DNA of 64,000 nt, taken from contig CBDIHP010000042.1 of NCBI GenBank assembly GCA_965279195.1, forward strand, positions 172,317 to 236,316. Direction: 5' to 3'. The number at the start of each line of letters is the position of its first letter. Within the stretch, counting starts at the first letter, position 1. The stretch comes from Isosphaeraceae bacterium (GTDB lineage Bacteria > Planctomycetota > Planctomycetia > Isosphaerales > Isosphaeraceae). This document shows, piece after piece, positions 45,308 through 55,488 of this stretch. The translations under genes were made by a program, and so were the position numbers. The notes under the pieces are model-generated. The model had not been told where the DNA came from, did not search any database, and worked only from the letters and a program-made list of their open reading frames with translations.

Positions 45308-47371
45308 ATGAAGGTCCCCCACCAGGCGCACATCGCCGCCGCGTCGTTGAACCAGACCGTCGGCGACTGGTCCGGCAACGAGCGCCGGGTCCGCGAGGCC
45401 GTCGACGCCGCCAGGGCCGCCGGGGCGAAGTTGCTGCTCCTCCCCGAGATGTGCCTCTCGGGCTACAGCCTCTGCGACCGCCTCCTGCGAACCGGGACCG
45501 TCGAGCGGAGCTGGGACCGCCTGATCCGACTGGCGGACGCCTCGAAGGGCGTCGCCTTCGCCGTCGGCCTGCCGATCCTCCACGAGGGGGTCCTCTACAA
45601 CGCGATGGGCCTGCTCGCCGACGGCAAGCTCGTGGGGCTCGCCGCCAAGGAGAACCTCGCGACCGGCGACGTCCAGTACGAGAACCGCTACTTCCAGCCC
45701 TGGTTCCACGGCCGTGTCGTCGAATACCGGGGGCCCGACGGGACGACCGTCCCCCTCGGCACCCAGATGTTCGAACTCCCCGGCCTGGGCACGGTCGCCT
45801 TCGAGGTCTGCGAAGACGCCTGGAAAGGCATCCGGCCGGGATCGGCCTACGCGCTGGCGGGTGCCGAGATCCTGCTCAACCCGTCGGCGTCGTGGTTCAC
45901 CGTGGGCAAGCACCGGACGCGCCGCCGGCTGGTCTCGCAGATCAGCCAGGAAGACCACTGTGTTTATCTTTATACGTCGCTACTCGGCTGCGACGCCACC
46001 CGGCTGATCTTCGACGGCAGCCTCTTCATCGCCGTCGACGGCCGCATCGAGGCCGAGGGGCGCCGGTTCGTGTTCACGAGAGAATTCGAGCTGATCCACT
46101 CGGTCGTGGATCTCCGCGAGATCCGCCAGGCACGCATGGAAGAGGGCTCCTGGCGCGAGCAGAACCTCCGGGCCGACTGGGGGGCCTACGGCGTCGTGCC
46201 GCCGACCGTGCGGGTCGAAGGGGACTACTCCTGCGAGGAATCCGCCCCGCCCCCTGCCCCGTACTGGATCCCACCCGAGCCGCAGCACCCGGATCCCTCA
46301 CTGAAGTACCTCGAAGACGAGGTCTTCGGCGGCCGGCCGATCACCGAGCGCGACCTCAGCCACCTGGAGCTGGAACTCGGCCTCAGCCTCGCCCTCCGCG
46401 ACTACACCCGCAAGACGGGCGTCAAGACATGCTGCCTCGCCCTCTCCGGCGGGCGGGATTCCGCGATGGTGGCCTTGCTGGTCGAGCGGATGTACCGCTA
46501 CACCTTCCCGGACTTGTCGCGTGAAGAGTTGAAGAAGTACGTCGGCGAGCGATTCCTCTGCGCCTACCTGGCGACCGAGAACTCGGGCTCGAAGACCCAC
46601 GACGCCGCCGAGGCCGTGGCGCGCGAGGTCGGGGCGACGTTCTTCGATGGGAAGATCCAGGACGCCCTGAACGCCGCACAGGCGACCGTCGAGAGCATGA
46701 CCGGCGAGCCGCTGTCTTGGTCGAACCCCGCCCACGACCTGACGCTCCAGAACATCCAGGCCCGCCTGCGCGGGATGCTCATCTGGACGATCGCCAACCT
46801 GCACAGTGCCCTGCTGCTCGTCACCAGCAACAAGAGCGAAGCAGCGGTCGGCTACACGACGATGGACGGCGACTCCTCCGGCGGCCTGGCGCCGATCGCG
46901 GACGTCCCCAAGAGCCTGATCAAGCTCTTCCTCGATTGGGCGGCCGACTTCCACGGCTATTCATCGCTGGTGAAGATCAAGGCCATGGACGCCAGCGCCG
47001 AGCTTCGCCCCCCGGGACGAGAGCAGACCGACGAGGCCGACCTGATGCCTTTCCCGGTCCTCGACCAGCTCATGCACGCCTTCGTGCAACTCGGGCTCGA
47101 CCCCTTGGACATGCTCCGGCGCCTCTGGCCTGCGATGACCCCCTACTACGGCGACGACCTCCCCCGATTCGCCGCCGACATCCGCAAATTTGTTCGCATG
47201 TTCTGCATCGCCCAGTGGAAACGCGAACGCTTCGCCATCAGCTTCCGCGTCACCGCCTTCGACCTCGACCCCAAGACCGGCTTCCGCTTCCCCCCGGTGC
47301 AGGCCCCGTTCACCGAAGAGTTGGAGGAGATGGACCGCTACGTCGCATCCCTGACACCCGGTCCTCACTAA
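45308..47371 (+). CDS. nadE: Glutamine-dependent NAD+ synthetase (N-terminal CN-hydrolase domain plus C-terminal NAD synthase domain).
   Basis: Nitrilase-like N-terminus: LLLLPEMCLSGYSLCDRLL...FEVCEDAW. PP-loop ATP pyrophosphatase CLALSGGRDSAMVALLV and C-terminal NAD synthase segments. Confidence 0.85.
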   Translation: MKVPHQAHIAAASLNQTVGDWSGNERRVREAVDAARAAGAKLLLLPEMCLSGYSLCDRLLRTGTVERSWDRLIRLADASKGVAFAVGLPILHEGVLYNAMGLLADGKLVGLAAKENLATGDVQYENRYFQPWFHGRVVEYRGPDGTTVPLGTQMFELPGLGTVAFEVCEDAWKGIRPGSAYALAGAEILLNPSASWFTVGKHRTRRRLVSQISQEDHCVYLYTSLLGCDATRLIFDGSLFIAVDGRIEAEGRRFVFTREFELIHSVVDLREIRQARMEEGSWREQNLRADWGAYGVVPPTVRVEGDYSCEESAPPPAPYWIPPEPQHPDPSLKYLEDEVFGGRPITERDLSHLELELGLSLALRDYTRKTGVKTCCLALSGGRDSAMVALLVERMYRYTFPDLSREELKKYVGERFLCAYLATENSGSKTHDAAEAVAREVGATFFDGKIQDALNAAQATVESMTGEPLSWSNPAHDLTLQNIQARLRGMLIWTIANLHSALLLVTSNKSEAAVGYTTMDGDSSGGLAPIADVPKSLIKLFLDWAADFHGYSSLVKIKAMDASAELRPPGREQTDEADLMPFPVLDQLMHAFVQLGLDPLDMLRRLWPAMTPYYGDDLPRFAADIRKFVRMFCIAQWKRERFAISFRVTAFDLDPKTGFRFPPVQAPFTEELEEMDRYVASLTPGPH

Positions 47372-47644
47372 TATTTGTCGTTTTCGATGCGTCCAATCGT
47401 CTCCGAACGATCTCTCCGCCTCGAACCACCGCCACCGGCTTGAAGTCCCCAAACCAAAACGATCGCGCCTCCGACAATCCGTCGTCACCTTCTCCCCAGA
47501 GCTCACCGTCCGCCCGAATTTCGGCCCATGCACATAGAAAAGGCCGCCCACCTTCCACCACCGCGCCTCCTCGATTGGCCCATCCCGATCCGGCAGTTGA
47601 CAACGCAACGCCCGAACGGCACAATCATTCCAACTGATCGCATC

Positions 47645-47716
<72 letters not shown>

Positions 47717-47753
47717 CTCGACAACTCCTGATTTCCCCAGTAGATACGAAAAG

Positions 47754-47788
47754 AGCCGCCGGGTCGCACCGGCGGCTTTCTTCATTTT
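47754..47788. terminator. Rho-independent terminator hairpin between the tRNA-Gly and integrase 3' ends.
   Basis: GCCGCCGGGTCGCACCGGCGGC followed by TTTCTTCATTTT. Confidence 0.6.
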
Positions 47789-47809
47789 GTCCGCATTTTT
47801 GTCCGCCGT

Positions 47810-49003
47810 TTACGAGAGGGGCCTCTCGCCCGAGGGCGGGTCGGGGGGCAGGGAGAGGGCGGGGATGTCAGGCTTCGTACCTGCGTCGGCCCTGGGCCGC
47901 GAGTCCAGCCCCGTGATACGGTCGAACTCGGTACCGACGACCTTGACGTAGTATGTCATCGTCGTCTTGATGTCCGAGTGGCCGGCCCACTGCTGCAGGA
48001 CCGCGGGCATGACAACCGTCGCCCAGTCGGTGAGGCAGGACTTCCGGAGGGTATGCACCGGCTTCTCGTAAGGGGCCACGCCCGCCCTCTTGCAGAGGGT
48101 CTTGAAGTCTCGGCCGAGGTTGGTGACGCAGACCTCGCCCGGCGGGATCACCATCTCCGCATGGAGAGAACGGTAGGCCGCCAGAAGGGCATGCAGTCTC
48201 TTGCTCATCGGGACCATCCTGAGAGCCTTGTCCTTCGGCTGCCACTCCCCGTGCACGTCTGAGTGGGCGACGATGCAGATCGTCTGGTTTTCCATGTCGA
48301 CCTGCTTCCAGGTCAACCGGATCGTCTCTTCGCGACGCAGCCCCGCCCACCTGGCGAGCCCGAACATCAGCTTCCAGCCGGGTTTCGCCACCTCGATCAG
48401 CTTCTGAATCTTCGAGTCGTCCACGTAATTCCAATCACGCTGGTCCGACGTCTGGGACTTGATCTTCTCGAATGGATTGACGTCGAGTAGCCCGTCGTCG
48501 ATCGCCCGATTGAAAATCGTCTTGGCCTCGCGGATGTGCCGATCCACGGTCTTGAGGGAAGGGGCCGATTTCGTCGCCCGTTTGTTGTGCTTGGCCATTC
48601 CACCGGCTGCGAGGGTCGTCCTGAAGTCCCTCGCATCCGCCGGAGTGATGGCGTCGAGCCGGCGGCCCTCCCCGAAACGGCCGATGAGGTACCTGCATGT
48701 GTGCTGATGGAGTTCGAGAGTCCCCGAGACGACTTCGGTCTCCCGAGACTCAAGGTAACGCTTGAGGTACTCGCCGAGCTTGGGGGGCTCGGTGCGATTC
48801 GGGCCGAACGGGTCGTCGTTCAGCTTCATCTCCTTCTGGAAGCGGAGTTCTTCCGCCTTGTTCCTCTTCATGCGGCTCGCGAGGCCGAGGTTCTCCGTGA
48901 CCTCCTTGCCCGAGACCGGATCCCGCCAGTGGAGGCGAAAGTAGTCGTACTTGGCCCCGTTCGACGTGGTCGTCTTCACTCGCAGCGACACCTTAACGTG
49001 CAC
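47810..49003 (-). CDS. int: Site-specific tyrosine recombinase (phage integrase family).
   Basis: C-terminal catalytic region: HTLRKSCLTDWATVVMPAVLQQWAGHSDIKTTMTYY (R..H-x-x-R...Y). GTG start. Adjacent to a tRNA gene. Confidence 0.85.
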   Translation of the reverse strand: MHVKVSLRVKTTTSNGAKYDYFRLHWRDPVSGKEVTENLGLASRMKRNKAEELRFQKEMKLNDDPFGPNRTEPPKLGEYLKRYLESRETEVVSGTLELHQHTCRYLIGRFGEGRRLDAITPADARDFRTTLAAGGMAKHNKRATKSAPSLKTVDRHIREAKTIFNRAIDDGLLDVNPFEKIKSQTSDQRDWNYVDDSKIQKLIEVAKPGWKLMFGLARWAGLRREETIRLTWKQVDMENQTICIVAHSDVHGEWQPKDKALRMVPMSKRLHALLAAYRSLHAEMVIPPGEVCVTNLGRDFKTLCKRAGVAPYEKPVHTLRKSCLTDWATVVMPAVLQQWAGHSDIKTTMTYYVKVVGTEFDRITGLDSRPRADAGTKPDIPALSLPPDPPSGERPLS

Positions 49004-49358
49004 GACGGCGTCCTCCCTTGCTGTTTCGACGCGATGGCGGCTTCTGTCGACCGTTCCGGCTGAGGTCGAGGAGCAGTGCGTCCAGGTCCGGCTTGAGGTA
49101 GTAGATCTCGCGGCTCACCGCCACGGATCTCAGCTGGCCGTTCTTCCGGTAGCCGTCCAGGACGGCCTTGGGGTTGGCGATCTTCTGCTCGTCGAGCCGG
49201 AGGTAGCGGGCGGCGTCCGCCGGGTTGAGCAAATCGCGGCACGGCTCCCCCGGCCGGAACGATCCCTCATTGGCCGGGAGGGTTTCGACCGTCTGGGCGA
49301 ACGCCCCACCCATGAACGCGGCGTAGTTCTCGATCCGTGAACTGATGCAGGCAGTCAT
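48993..49358 (-). CDS. Excisionase-family helix-turn-helix DNA-binding protein (putative Xis/regulator).
   Basis: LLNPADAARYLRLDEQKIANPKAVLDGYRKNGQLRSVAVSREIYYLKPDLDALL is HTH_17/excisionase-like. It overlaps the integrase start by 11 nt. Confidence 0.55.
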   Translation of the reverse strand: MTACISSRIENYAAFMGGAFAQTVETLPANEGSFRPGEPCRDLLNPADAARYLRLDEQKIANPKAVLDGYRKNGQLRSVAVSREIYYLKPDLDALLLDLSRNGRQKPPSRRNSKGGRRRAR

Positions 49359-49797
49359 CTTCTAGCAACCATTGATCTCAGGCATCGCGTCGGAATCAAG
49401 CCCAGGACGCGGCCAGGCGGCGACCATCCTCCGGTCGCCGGACACTACATAGGTTCCGCTTTTCGGCGGATTGGCCGATTCTGGGCCTTTTTCCGTGAAG
49501 ATCCCATGAAGATTCTCAGGCTTGAGTCTTCGCTGATTTGTGTAGCTCTCGCAGATCCTCCAATGTCGCAAACCCGGGCTGGACAAGAGGCTCCGCCGCA
49601 ACGGCCCGCGGCCCGCCCCTCATGGACAATACGCGGGCCTCAGGCCCCCGATCCGGGCCGGATCCGATGGGGGCAGGGGGAATCGCAGGGGGTCCGCGAC
49701 ACGCCGACGCCGCACCCGCCCCATAACGACCCGCCGTGACGGGGTATTAACGAGGTACATCCCCCGCACCCTCTTCAAGCCCCGGAGCACTGCCCCT

Positions 49798-50001
49798 ATG
49801 CCACGACTCAAGACCGACGACGCCCCCCTGGGCACCACCCGGGCCGCCGCCTACCTCGGCGTCCACCGGTCCACCCTGAAGGCCTGGAGGGTCCGCGGCG
49901 TCGTCCCGGCCTCGGCCGCCGACACGCCACGCGGCGTCGTCTACCTCTTCGAGACGGACGACCTCGACCGCCTCCGGGCGAGAATCGACTACGGCCGCTG
50001 A
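49798..50001 (+). CDS. AlpA/MerR-like phage transcriptional regulator (HTH).
   Basis: MPRLKTDDAPLGTTRAAAYLGVHRSTLKAWRVRGVVPASAADTPRGVVYLFETDDLDRLRARIDYGR; 67 aa, AlpA-type HTH. Confidence 0.6.
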   Translation: MPRLKTDDAPLGTTRAAAYLGVHRSTLKAWRVRGVVPASAADTPRGVVYLFETDDLDRLRARIDYGR

Positions 50002-50058
50002 TCGCGGAACCTATGAGGAGGGGGTGCACTCTCGCAACTCCTTCAGGACACCCCGCCG

Positions 50059-51396
50059 ATGCCCAGCGACCTCCGCCCCTACGACCCCGGATCCACCGTT
50101 CTCCACGACGCCCTCGGCCTCGCCGGCCAGGGATTCCGCGTCGTGCCCCTGAAGCCGGGCGAGAAGACGCCCCTGATCAGGCAATGGCAAGACAGGGCCA
50201 CGACCGACCCGGCGGAGATCCGAAAGTGGTTCGGCCGGAGGTCCCACGCCAACCTGGCCATCCTCACAGGGGGAGGCGTCGTGGCCCTCGACATCGACCC
50301 CCGCAACGGGGGCAACGGGTCCCTCAGGCGGCTCCTCGGGAGACGCCACCTCCCCGAGACCGCGTTCGCGAAGACGGGCAACGAGGGCCTCCACTACCTG
50401 TTCCGGGTGGGGGAGGGCGAGACTCACCGCTGCTCCAACGGCATCCTCCCCGGGATCGACCTGAAGGGCGACGGCGGCTATCTCGTCGTCGAGCCCAGCG
50501 TCCATCCGGAGACGGGGCGGGAGTATCGGTGGGAGCGGACGCCGAGACAGGGCATCGCAGCCATGCCCGACTGGCTCAGGGAGGCCGTGCTTCCGGGCCC
50601 TCGGCCCACCTCCCTGCCCCGATCCAGTGCGGCCCCGACGGGCGACCGCGTGGGGGCGTCCGACGTCCTGCTGGCGGAGTCCATCGCGAGGTTCCCCATC
50701 GCCCGTGTGGGGACACGCCACGGCCAGATGAACCGCCTGATCGGCAGCCTGGTCGGGCGGGGCTACGCCGACGACGTGATCGAGGAGGTGGTGGCCGCCT
50801 GGTGGGCCCACTTCCACCGCATGGGACGGACCAGGACGCCGCTCAGGCAGGCCCCGTCGTCGATCCGGGCCAGCCTCCGCACCACGAGGGCCAACACGGC
50901 GTTCCGCAGGGCTGTGGGAGTCGACCACATCGCGAAGGCCCTCGAACTGCGGTTCGACGCCTGGGGCGTGCTGGGGGACCTGCTGGGACGGCGAGAGGGG
51001 GATCAGGGCCGGGTCAACGTCCCAGACGACACCGGCGACTCCCCAATACTATGTAATAGAGTCACATCAGGACGCTTTGTCGGCCATGCACCGAGGGAGC
51101 GTGCGTTCGTGGACGCCTGGGCCTGTTACTCGGCCTACAAGCTCGGCCTGGGCGAGGCCCCGATGAAGATGACGCGTCAGCAGGTCTCGGCGATCATGTC
51201 GGGGCTGGGCGTCCCAGAGACGCAACCCCAGCAGTACGAGAGGCTGCTGCGGAAGTACGTCACGCGGGCAAAGAAGCCCGCCGAGAGGTTCGAGCTGGCG
51301 ATCCAGACGCGGAAGGGCCGGCAGGGCGTGCCCTCGGAGTTCCAGCCCACCGGGGTCCTCGAACTCTTGTCAGCAGTCGCGGGGCTGGCGGCGTGA
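50059..51396 (+). CDS. Bifunctional DNA primase/polymerase (Prim-Pol N-terminal domain) protein, mobile-element associated.
   Basis: DALGLAGQGFRVVPLKPGEKTPLIRQWQDRATTDPAEIRKWFGRRSHANLAILTGGGVVALDIDPRNGG and LKGDGGYLVVEPSVHPETGREYRW match the PF09250 pattern. Confidence 0.75.
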   Translation: MPSDLRPYDPGSTVLHDALGLAGQGFRVVPLKPGEKTPLIRQWQDRATTDPAEIRKWFGRRSHANLAILTGGGVVALDIDPRNGGNGSLRRLLGRRHLPETAFAKTGNEGLHYLFRVGEGETHRCSNGILPGIDLKGDGGYLVVEPSVHPETGREYRWERTPRQGIAAMPDWLREAVLPGPRPTSLPRSSAAPTGDRVGASDVLLAESIARFPIARVGTRHGQMNRLIGSLVGRGYADDVIEEVVAAWWAHFHRMGRTRTPLRQAPSSIRASLRTTRANTAFRRAVGVDHIAKALELRFDAWGVLGDLLGRREGDQGRVNVPDDTGDSPILCNRVTSGRFVGHAPRERAFVDAWACYSAYKLGLGEAPMKMTRQQVSAIMSGLGVPETQPQQYERLLRKYVTRAKKPAERFELAIQTRKGRQGVPSEFQPTGVLELLSAVAGLAA

Positions 51397-51525
51397 CCAC
51401 TTTGGGCCGACCCGGGGTAGGGAGGGCCCAGCCCACCCCCTGCTCCCCTTCTCGGCAACCAGGCCGTTGGGATTCGCCCCCGAGAAAAGCTGCGGTCGGG
51501 CCCACGCTGAAGACTAGCCCCAGCG

Positions 51526-54500
51526 TCAACGCCCATAAACAGCGTCATTCCGCTCCCGAGTCCTCGCCTCGTCCCGCCGGGCAATCGCGAGGCCTACGCC
51601 GAATCGGCCGATCGACCTGAGGATCAAATCGGGGTCGGAAGCCAGGGCATCGAAGCCACGGACACACTCCGCCCACATTTCCGATTCCTCACCCCACCAG
51701 GACTTGGGGCTGTCCAAGAGGGCTGCGACAACCCGGTCGACCGCATAGCCAGACAGGACCGCTTCCCTCGCCTTACGGATCCACCCAGGCGTGAGCCATG
51801 AACCTTCACCCGTCCGGCCGCCGACCCTGGATCCGCCGAGCGGGACGAGATGCTCCCGAGCCCAGCGTGGGTCCCGGAGAAGTCGGCGAAAGGCCTGCTC
51901 ATCGTCCCCGATCAAGATCGCGATCAGGTCGCTCGACACGGCCTGTCCGGCCAATTGCTCAAGGAGTGCCAGTCGCTCCTCGGTTTCAAGGTGGTTGGCG
52001 GCGAGGGCGATAACGTCACGTGATCTCTTCCACGCTGCCGGATACCGTAGGAGCTGCGACTCCAGCCAGCGGCGGCGAAGCCCCGGGTGGGATGAGAAGG
52101 CGGGACCGATCCAGTACGAGTCCCCCGATCCCGGAGTATCGTCGACAATCGCGAGCCCCCATACCTCAAGTATGGTCACGTCCACGACGCCCTTCGGCTC
52201 CGCGAGCCACATGCCCTTCGCGGCCGCGAAAGCCACCCGGCGATCGGCATGGCCAAGGAGGAGAAGGAGGGTGGGGGGCGGAAGTTGCTTCCGGATGATG
52301 AGCGTAAAGACCAAGGCTGCATTCGACTCATCGAGGCGACCGACAGCCATTTCGAGGACGCGGTGCGGCACAGTCGGTTCAGAGAGGGCAAGCCCGAGGC
52401 ACTCGGCAGCGTACTCCGGATCGCCGAGCAGGGCCTCCACCTCCGCCCACGCCGTGTCGTCCATCCTTACGAGTCGCGATAGGAATGGTCGCAGGTGGAC
52501 GCCGGAGAGCCCGGCGTCGCGGACAGCCCTCACCCAATTCAAGGGGTCGTCGATCAGCTCGGCGATCCTCTCGCACGCCAAGTTGGAGTACCTGGGCCAG
52601 CCCTTCGAAGCCGACTCGGCTTCCCTCAACAGTCTGGCGAGTTTTCGGACGACCTTCTCCGGGGTGTCCGTCGCCCATCGGACGGCAAGCCTCCGAACGT
52701 CTTCGATGCAGGCGGCTTCGCACTCCGACCAGTCGGCCTGCCCATCGGAAGGGGGGAAGAGGGTCTCATATTCGCCATCAATGCATACGATCAGGTCGAG
52801 GCCGATGACCGTCGCGAATTCGAGCAATCGTTGCTGAATGCCGGGTCGATCTGCGAATCGCGGGGCGAGGTCCGCCAGCATCCGCCCCGCGATCCTCCGC
52901 CGAGCCTGAGCGATGTCGGGCGGGACTTGGCCCGCGACTGGACCGTCGTTGACGTAAACCCAGCCGCGAAGCAGTTCCGAGAGCGGATGCCACCGCATCG
53001 CCGAGTCGGGCAAGTTCTCCTCGATCCACCCATCCCAGAGCCGTTCGAGTTGTTCGAGTTCCAGTACGCCGAGGAGGCCCGAGGAGATCGTCACCGTCCG
53101 TCCAATACCGGGGTCGGTTTCGGTCCAGTTCGCCGTGGGGCTGAACGCGAGTGCGGCGGCGAGGTATCCGATCTCGGTCCAGCCCGTCTTCGCCATCCAG
53201 CTCGTCACACCCACCAGGAGTAGGCGGCGACGCTCGATGGCCTCGAAGCTGCCCGGCCGTGCACTCGCGACCCAGTAGCGAAGCCACCGCATCGCCTCTC
53301 CTTCATGCCACTCCGTCCCACGATCGAAAGCCTGCCCGTGATCGAGGAGCCTCTGTATGGCTGCCTCGGGGATCCAATCCAGGGCGGCTTGTGCCAGCTC
53401 CGAGGAAAGACAAGTGGCACGCGAGAGGACCTCGGCCGCTTCCTGGGGCCCCAGCCAGGCGTAACGGGCCCAGAGGAACTCGGAGTCGACCTCGTCGAGC
53501 AGCTTGAGTAGCAATCCCGCGGGTACGTCCCCACCGACCGCCTTCGCCCCGATCAACGTGTCCACGACGTAATCGAGTTTCACGGCGGCGTCGAGGAGGG
53601 GCGTGAAATCCAACTGCCCTGGGCCCGAGAAGAACACGTCTCGGACCAAGGCGTGCCGCAGCCGCTCTGGCCACATAGAGATCGCACCGCCGCCTGCATC
53701 GGAGACGATGCCCGCCAACGCAAGCGATGCGACGATCTGCCGCAGCTCGATGAGAGAGTATGCGTACGCCCTCGCCACCCCGTCCAGCGGCATGCCCGCG
53801 TTCCCGCCGAATGCGAAGGAGGCGAGGATTTCGAGTGGAGCATCATGGTCCAGCTTGCGGAGGAAGACGGCTAGGTCCCGGGTGAGGGCGGTCCCGAGGG
53901 CGACCTCTCCTGCCCCCTGATTGAAGCACAGTTTCGCGAGGGTCACGGCCAGCCCGGGCCGGCCGTGGGCCTGATCCACGATCTCACGGATCAAGCCCGT
54001 CGGGCCGGCGATTCCGGCCGATCGGACTACCTCGGCGATCTGGTCGCGGTCAAGAGGAGCCAGCTCGCGGACGTCGGACGGCCCGAGGCAGAGGCGGGTG
54101 ACCATCTCATCCCGAGCACCGGGCCAGACGCTGGCCACGATGGAGAACCCGGCCGAGATCTCCCGGCGGAGTTGGGCGAGCCGGAGGACGACCTCCGGGG
54201 CCACGTGTGCATCGTCCACCGCGATAAACCGTGGTTTCTTCGCCCGGACCTCCGGTGCGACGCGGGCGATGTCCGCGGTGACGAGGAACAGTCCCCACCC
54301 TTCCAGCACCAGCTTCCGGAGCAGGGAGGTCTTCCCCGAGCCCGGCTCGCCGACGAGTAGACGGTCGCCCGTCGCCGCACTCAGCCAGACCAGGTCATCC
54401 TCACGCCCCGTCAACTCCTGATCCGTCAGGGGACGACTCGTGACCGGCTCGACCGAGAGGGAGGGGGCTTCCCCGTTGAGGTTGAGCAGTTCGAGGCACC

Positions 54501-54948
54501 ACGCGGGATTCTCGTGGAGCCGATTTGCGAAATCGGCCCCATCGTGGATCTGGATCAGCTCGAACCCCTTCTCCTTGGCCCGGCCCAAGAGGTTCTGCCG
54601 CCGTGTAGGCGTGAGGAATTGTGATGTCGCCACCACGACCTTCCTGCGGGAGCCGCCGTGATCCAGATAGGAAGCCAGGCTGCGGGCCAGGTTACCGATC
54701 ACGTTCTTCCCCGTGGTGCACACGAGGGGAAAGGCCGGCCCTTCGCCGTCCGCAATCGCCCCGTCCATCCCCGAGTCGCCGCCGCCCCGGATCGGAACCA
54801 ACGCCGGGTAGTCGGCTCGAAGGAGGGCACTGGCACAGCGTTCGAAGACCTCCGGGTCAAGTTCCCTCCGGAGACCGTCCTCGATCTGCTGGTGGAAGGT
54901 ATTTCGCTTCAAGCGAGAGCCCTCGTGGCATCCGGACCCGAGCATCAT
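51526..54948 (-). CDS. Large P-loop NTPase (1140 aa) with STAND-like architecture: a nuclease-like N-terminal domain (tentatively Mrr/PD-(D/E)xK-like), a central Walker A/B NTPase and a long C-terminal alpha-helical repeat region. Candidate Avs-like antiviral defense protein.
   Basis: Walker A: VGEPGSGKTSLLRKL. Walker B: PRFIAVDDAH. N-terminal 150 aa: GGGDSGMDGAIADGEGPAFPLVCTTGK ... VVVATSQF. C-terminal ~800 aa are Leu/Ala/Arg-rich helical repeats. It is encoded inside the tRNA-Gly-integrated element. Confidence 0.6.
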   Translation of the reverse strand: MMLGSGCHEGSRLKRNTFHQQIEDGLRRELDPEVFERCASALLRADYPALVPIRGGGDSGMDGAIADGEGPAFPLVCTTGKNVIGNLARSLASYLDHGGSRRKVVVATSQFLTPTRRQNLLGRAKEKGFELIQIHDGADFANRLHENPAWCLELLNLNGEAPSLSVEPVTSRPLTDQELTGREDDLVWLSAATGDRLLVGEPGSGKTSLLRKLVLEGWGLFLVTADIARVAPEVRAKKPRFIAVDDAHVAPEVVLRLAQLRREISAGFSIVASVWPGARDEMVTRLCLGPSDVRELAPLDRDQIAEVVRSAGIAGPTGLIREIVDQAHGRPGLAVTLAKLCFNQGAGEVALGTALTRDLAVFLRKLDHDAPLEILASFAFGGNAGMPLDGVARAYAYSLIELRQIVASLALAGIVSDAGGGAISMWPERLRHALVRDVFFSGPGQLDFTPLLDAAVKLDYVVDTLIGAKAVGGDVPAGLLLKLLDEVDSEFLWARYAWLGPQEAAEVLSRATCLSSELAQAALDWIPEAAIQRLLDHGQAFDRGTEWHEGEAMRWLRYWVASARPGSFEAIERRRLLLVGVTSWMAKTGWTEIGYLAAALAFSPTANWTETDPGIGRTVTISSGLLGVLELEQLERLWDGWIEENLPDSAMRWHPLSELLRGWVYVNDGPVAGQVPPDIAQARRRIAGRMLADLAPRFADRPGIQQRLLEFATVIGLDLIVCIDGEYETLFPPSDGQADWSECEAACIEDVRRLAVRWATDTPEKVVRKLARLLREAESASKGWPRYSNLACERIAELIDDPLNWVRAVRDAGLSGVHLRPFLSRLVRMDDTAWAEVEALLGDPEYAAECLGLALSEPTVPHRVLEMAVGRLDESNAALVFTLIIRKQLPPPTLLLLLGHADRRVAFAAAKGMWLAEPKGVVDVTILEVWGLAIVDDTPGSGDSYWIGPAFSSHPGLRRRWLESQLLRYPAAWKRSRDVIALAANHLETEERLALLEQLAGQAVSSDLIAILIGDDEQAFRRLLRDPRWAREHLVPLGGSRVGGRTGEGSWLTPGWIRKAREAVLSGYAVDRVVAALLDSPKSWWGEESEMWAECVRGFDALASDPDLILRSIGRFGVGLAIARRDEARTRERNDAVYGR

Positions 54949-55062
54949 GGCGATTCGTACAGTATAGCATCTGGCCTCAATGTGAGCCCAGATCGCTCGT
55001 GAGGCGTTTCATCGACCGACCATGAGTCGCCAAGTGAAGCCGTCGACCCGCAGACCAACCCA

Positions 55063-55488
55063 TTGTGGAACATCCCCGAGATGGACGACCCCCTCCTCGG
55101 CATCGCCCTCCTGATCATGCTCCCGTTCTTCGGCGTCGCCTCGGCCGTCGCCGCACACGCCCGAGGCCATCACCCCGCATTGGGTTTCCTGTTCGGAATG
55201 TTCCTCGGACCAATCGGATTCCTCGTCGCCATCACGTTGCCCCGCGACATGCCAGCCACGCCTCCCCTGCGGCCCGCAACCGAGGAGGGCCTCGCCAGGG
55301 AACGGGACTTGATCATCCAACGTCGGCGGAAATCCCGGCGGATCCGGCGAGAAGCACTGGAGTCGGAGGCCCACCGCAGGAGGCACGCCATCATCATGTT
55401 CGCGACCGCCCATTGGTGGGTGTGGCAATTGCTGGTCGCCCTAGGGATGATCGTTGCGGCAATCTCCCTGCTCCGGCGAAGCCCCTGA
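55063..55488 (+). CDS. Small hypothetical membrane protein (141 aa).
   Basis: Two TM helices (LLGIALLIMLPFFGVASAVAA; ALGFLFGMFLGPIGFLVAITL), a basic linker, and a C-terminal TM helix. Confidence 0.45.
   Translation: MWNIPEMDDPLLGIALLIMLPFFGVASAVAAHARGHHPALGFLFGMFLGPIGFLVAITLPRDMPATPPLRPATEEGLARERDLIIQRRRKSRRIRREALESEAHRRRHAIIMFATAHWWVWQLLVALGMIVAAISLLRRSP

Larger units (their letters stand above)
47717..55060. mobile_element. Putative integrative element inserted at the 3' end of tRNA-Gly(CCC). It carries int, an xis-like gene, an alpA-like gene, prim-pol and a STAND NTPase. The right boundary (attR) was not identified.
   Basis: A tyrosine integrase gene starts within 100 bp of the tRNA 3' end and reads away from it; this is the classic arrangement. 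The cargo is phage/ICE-like. The right end is a guess at the end of the cargo genes. Confidence 0.45.
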
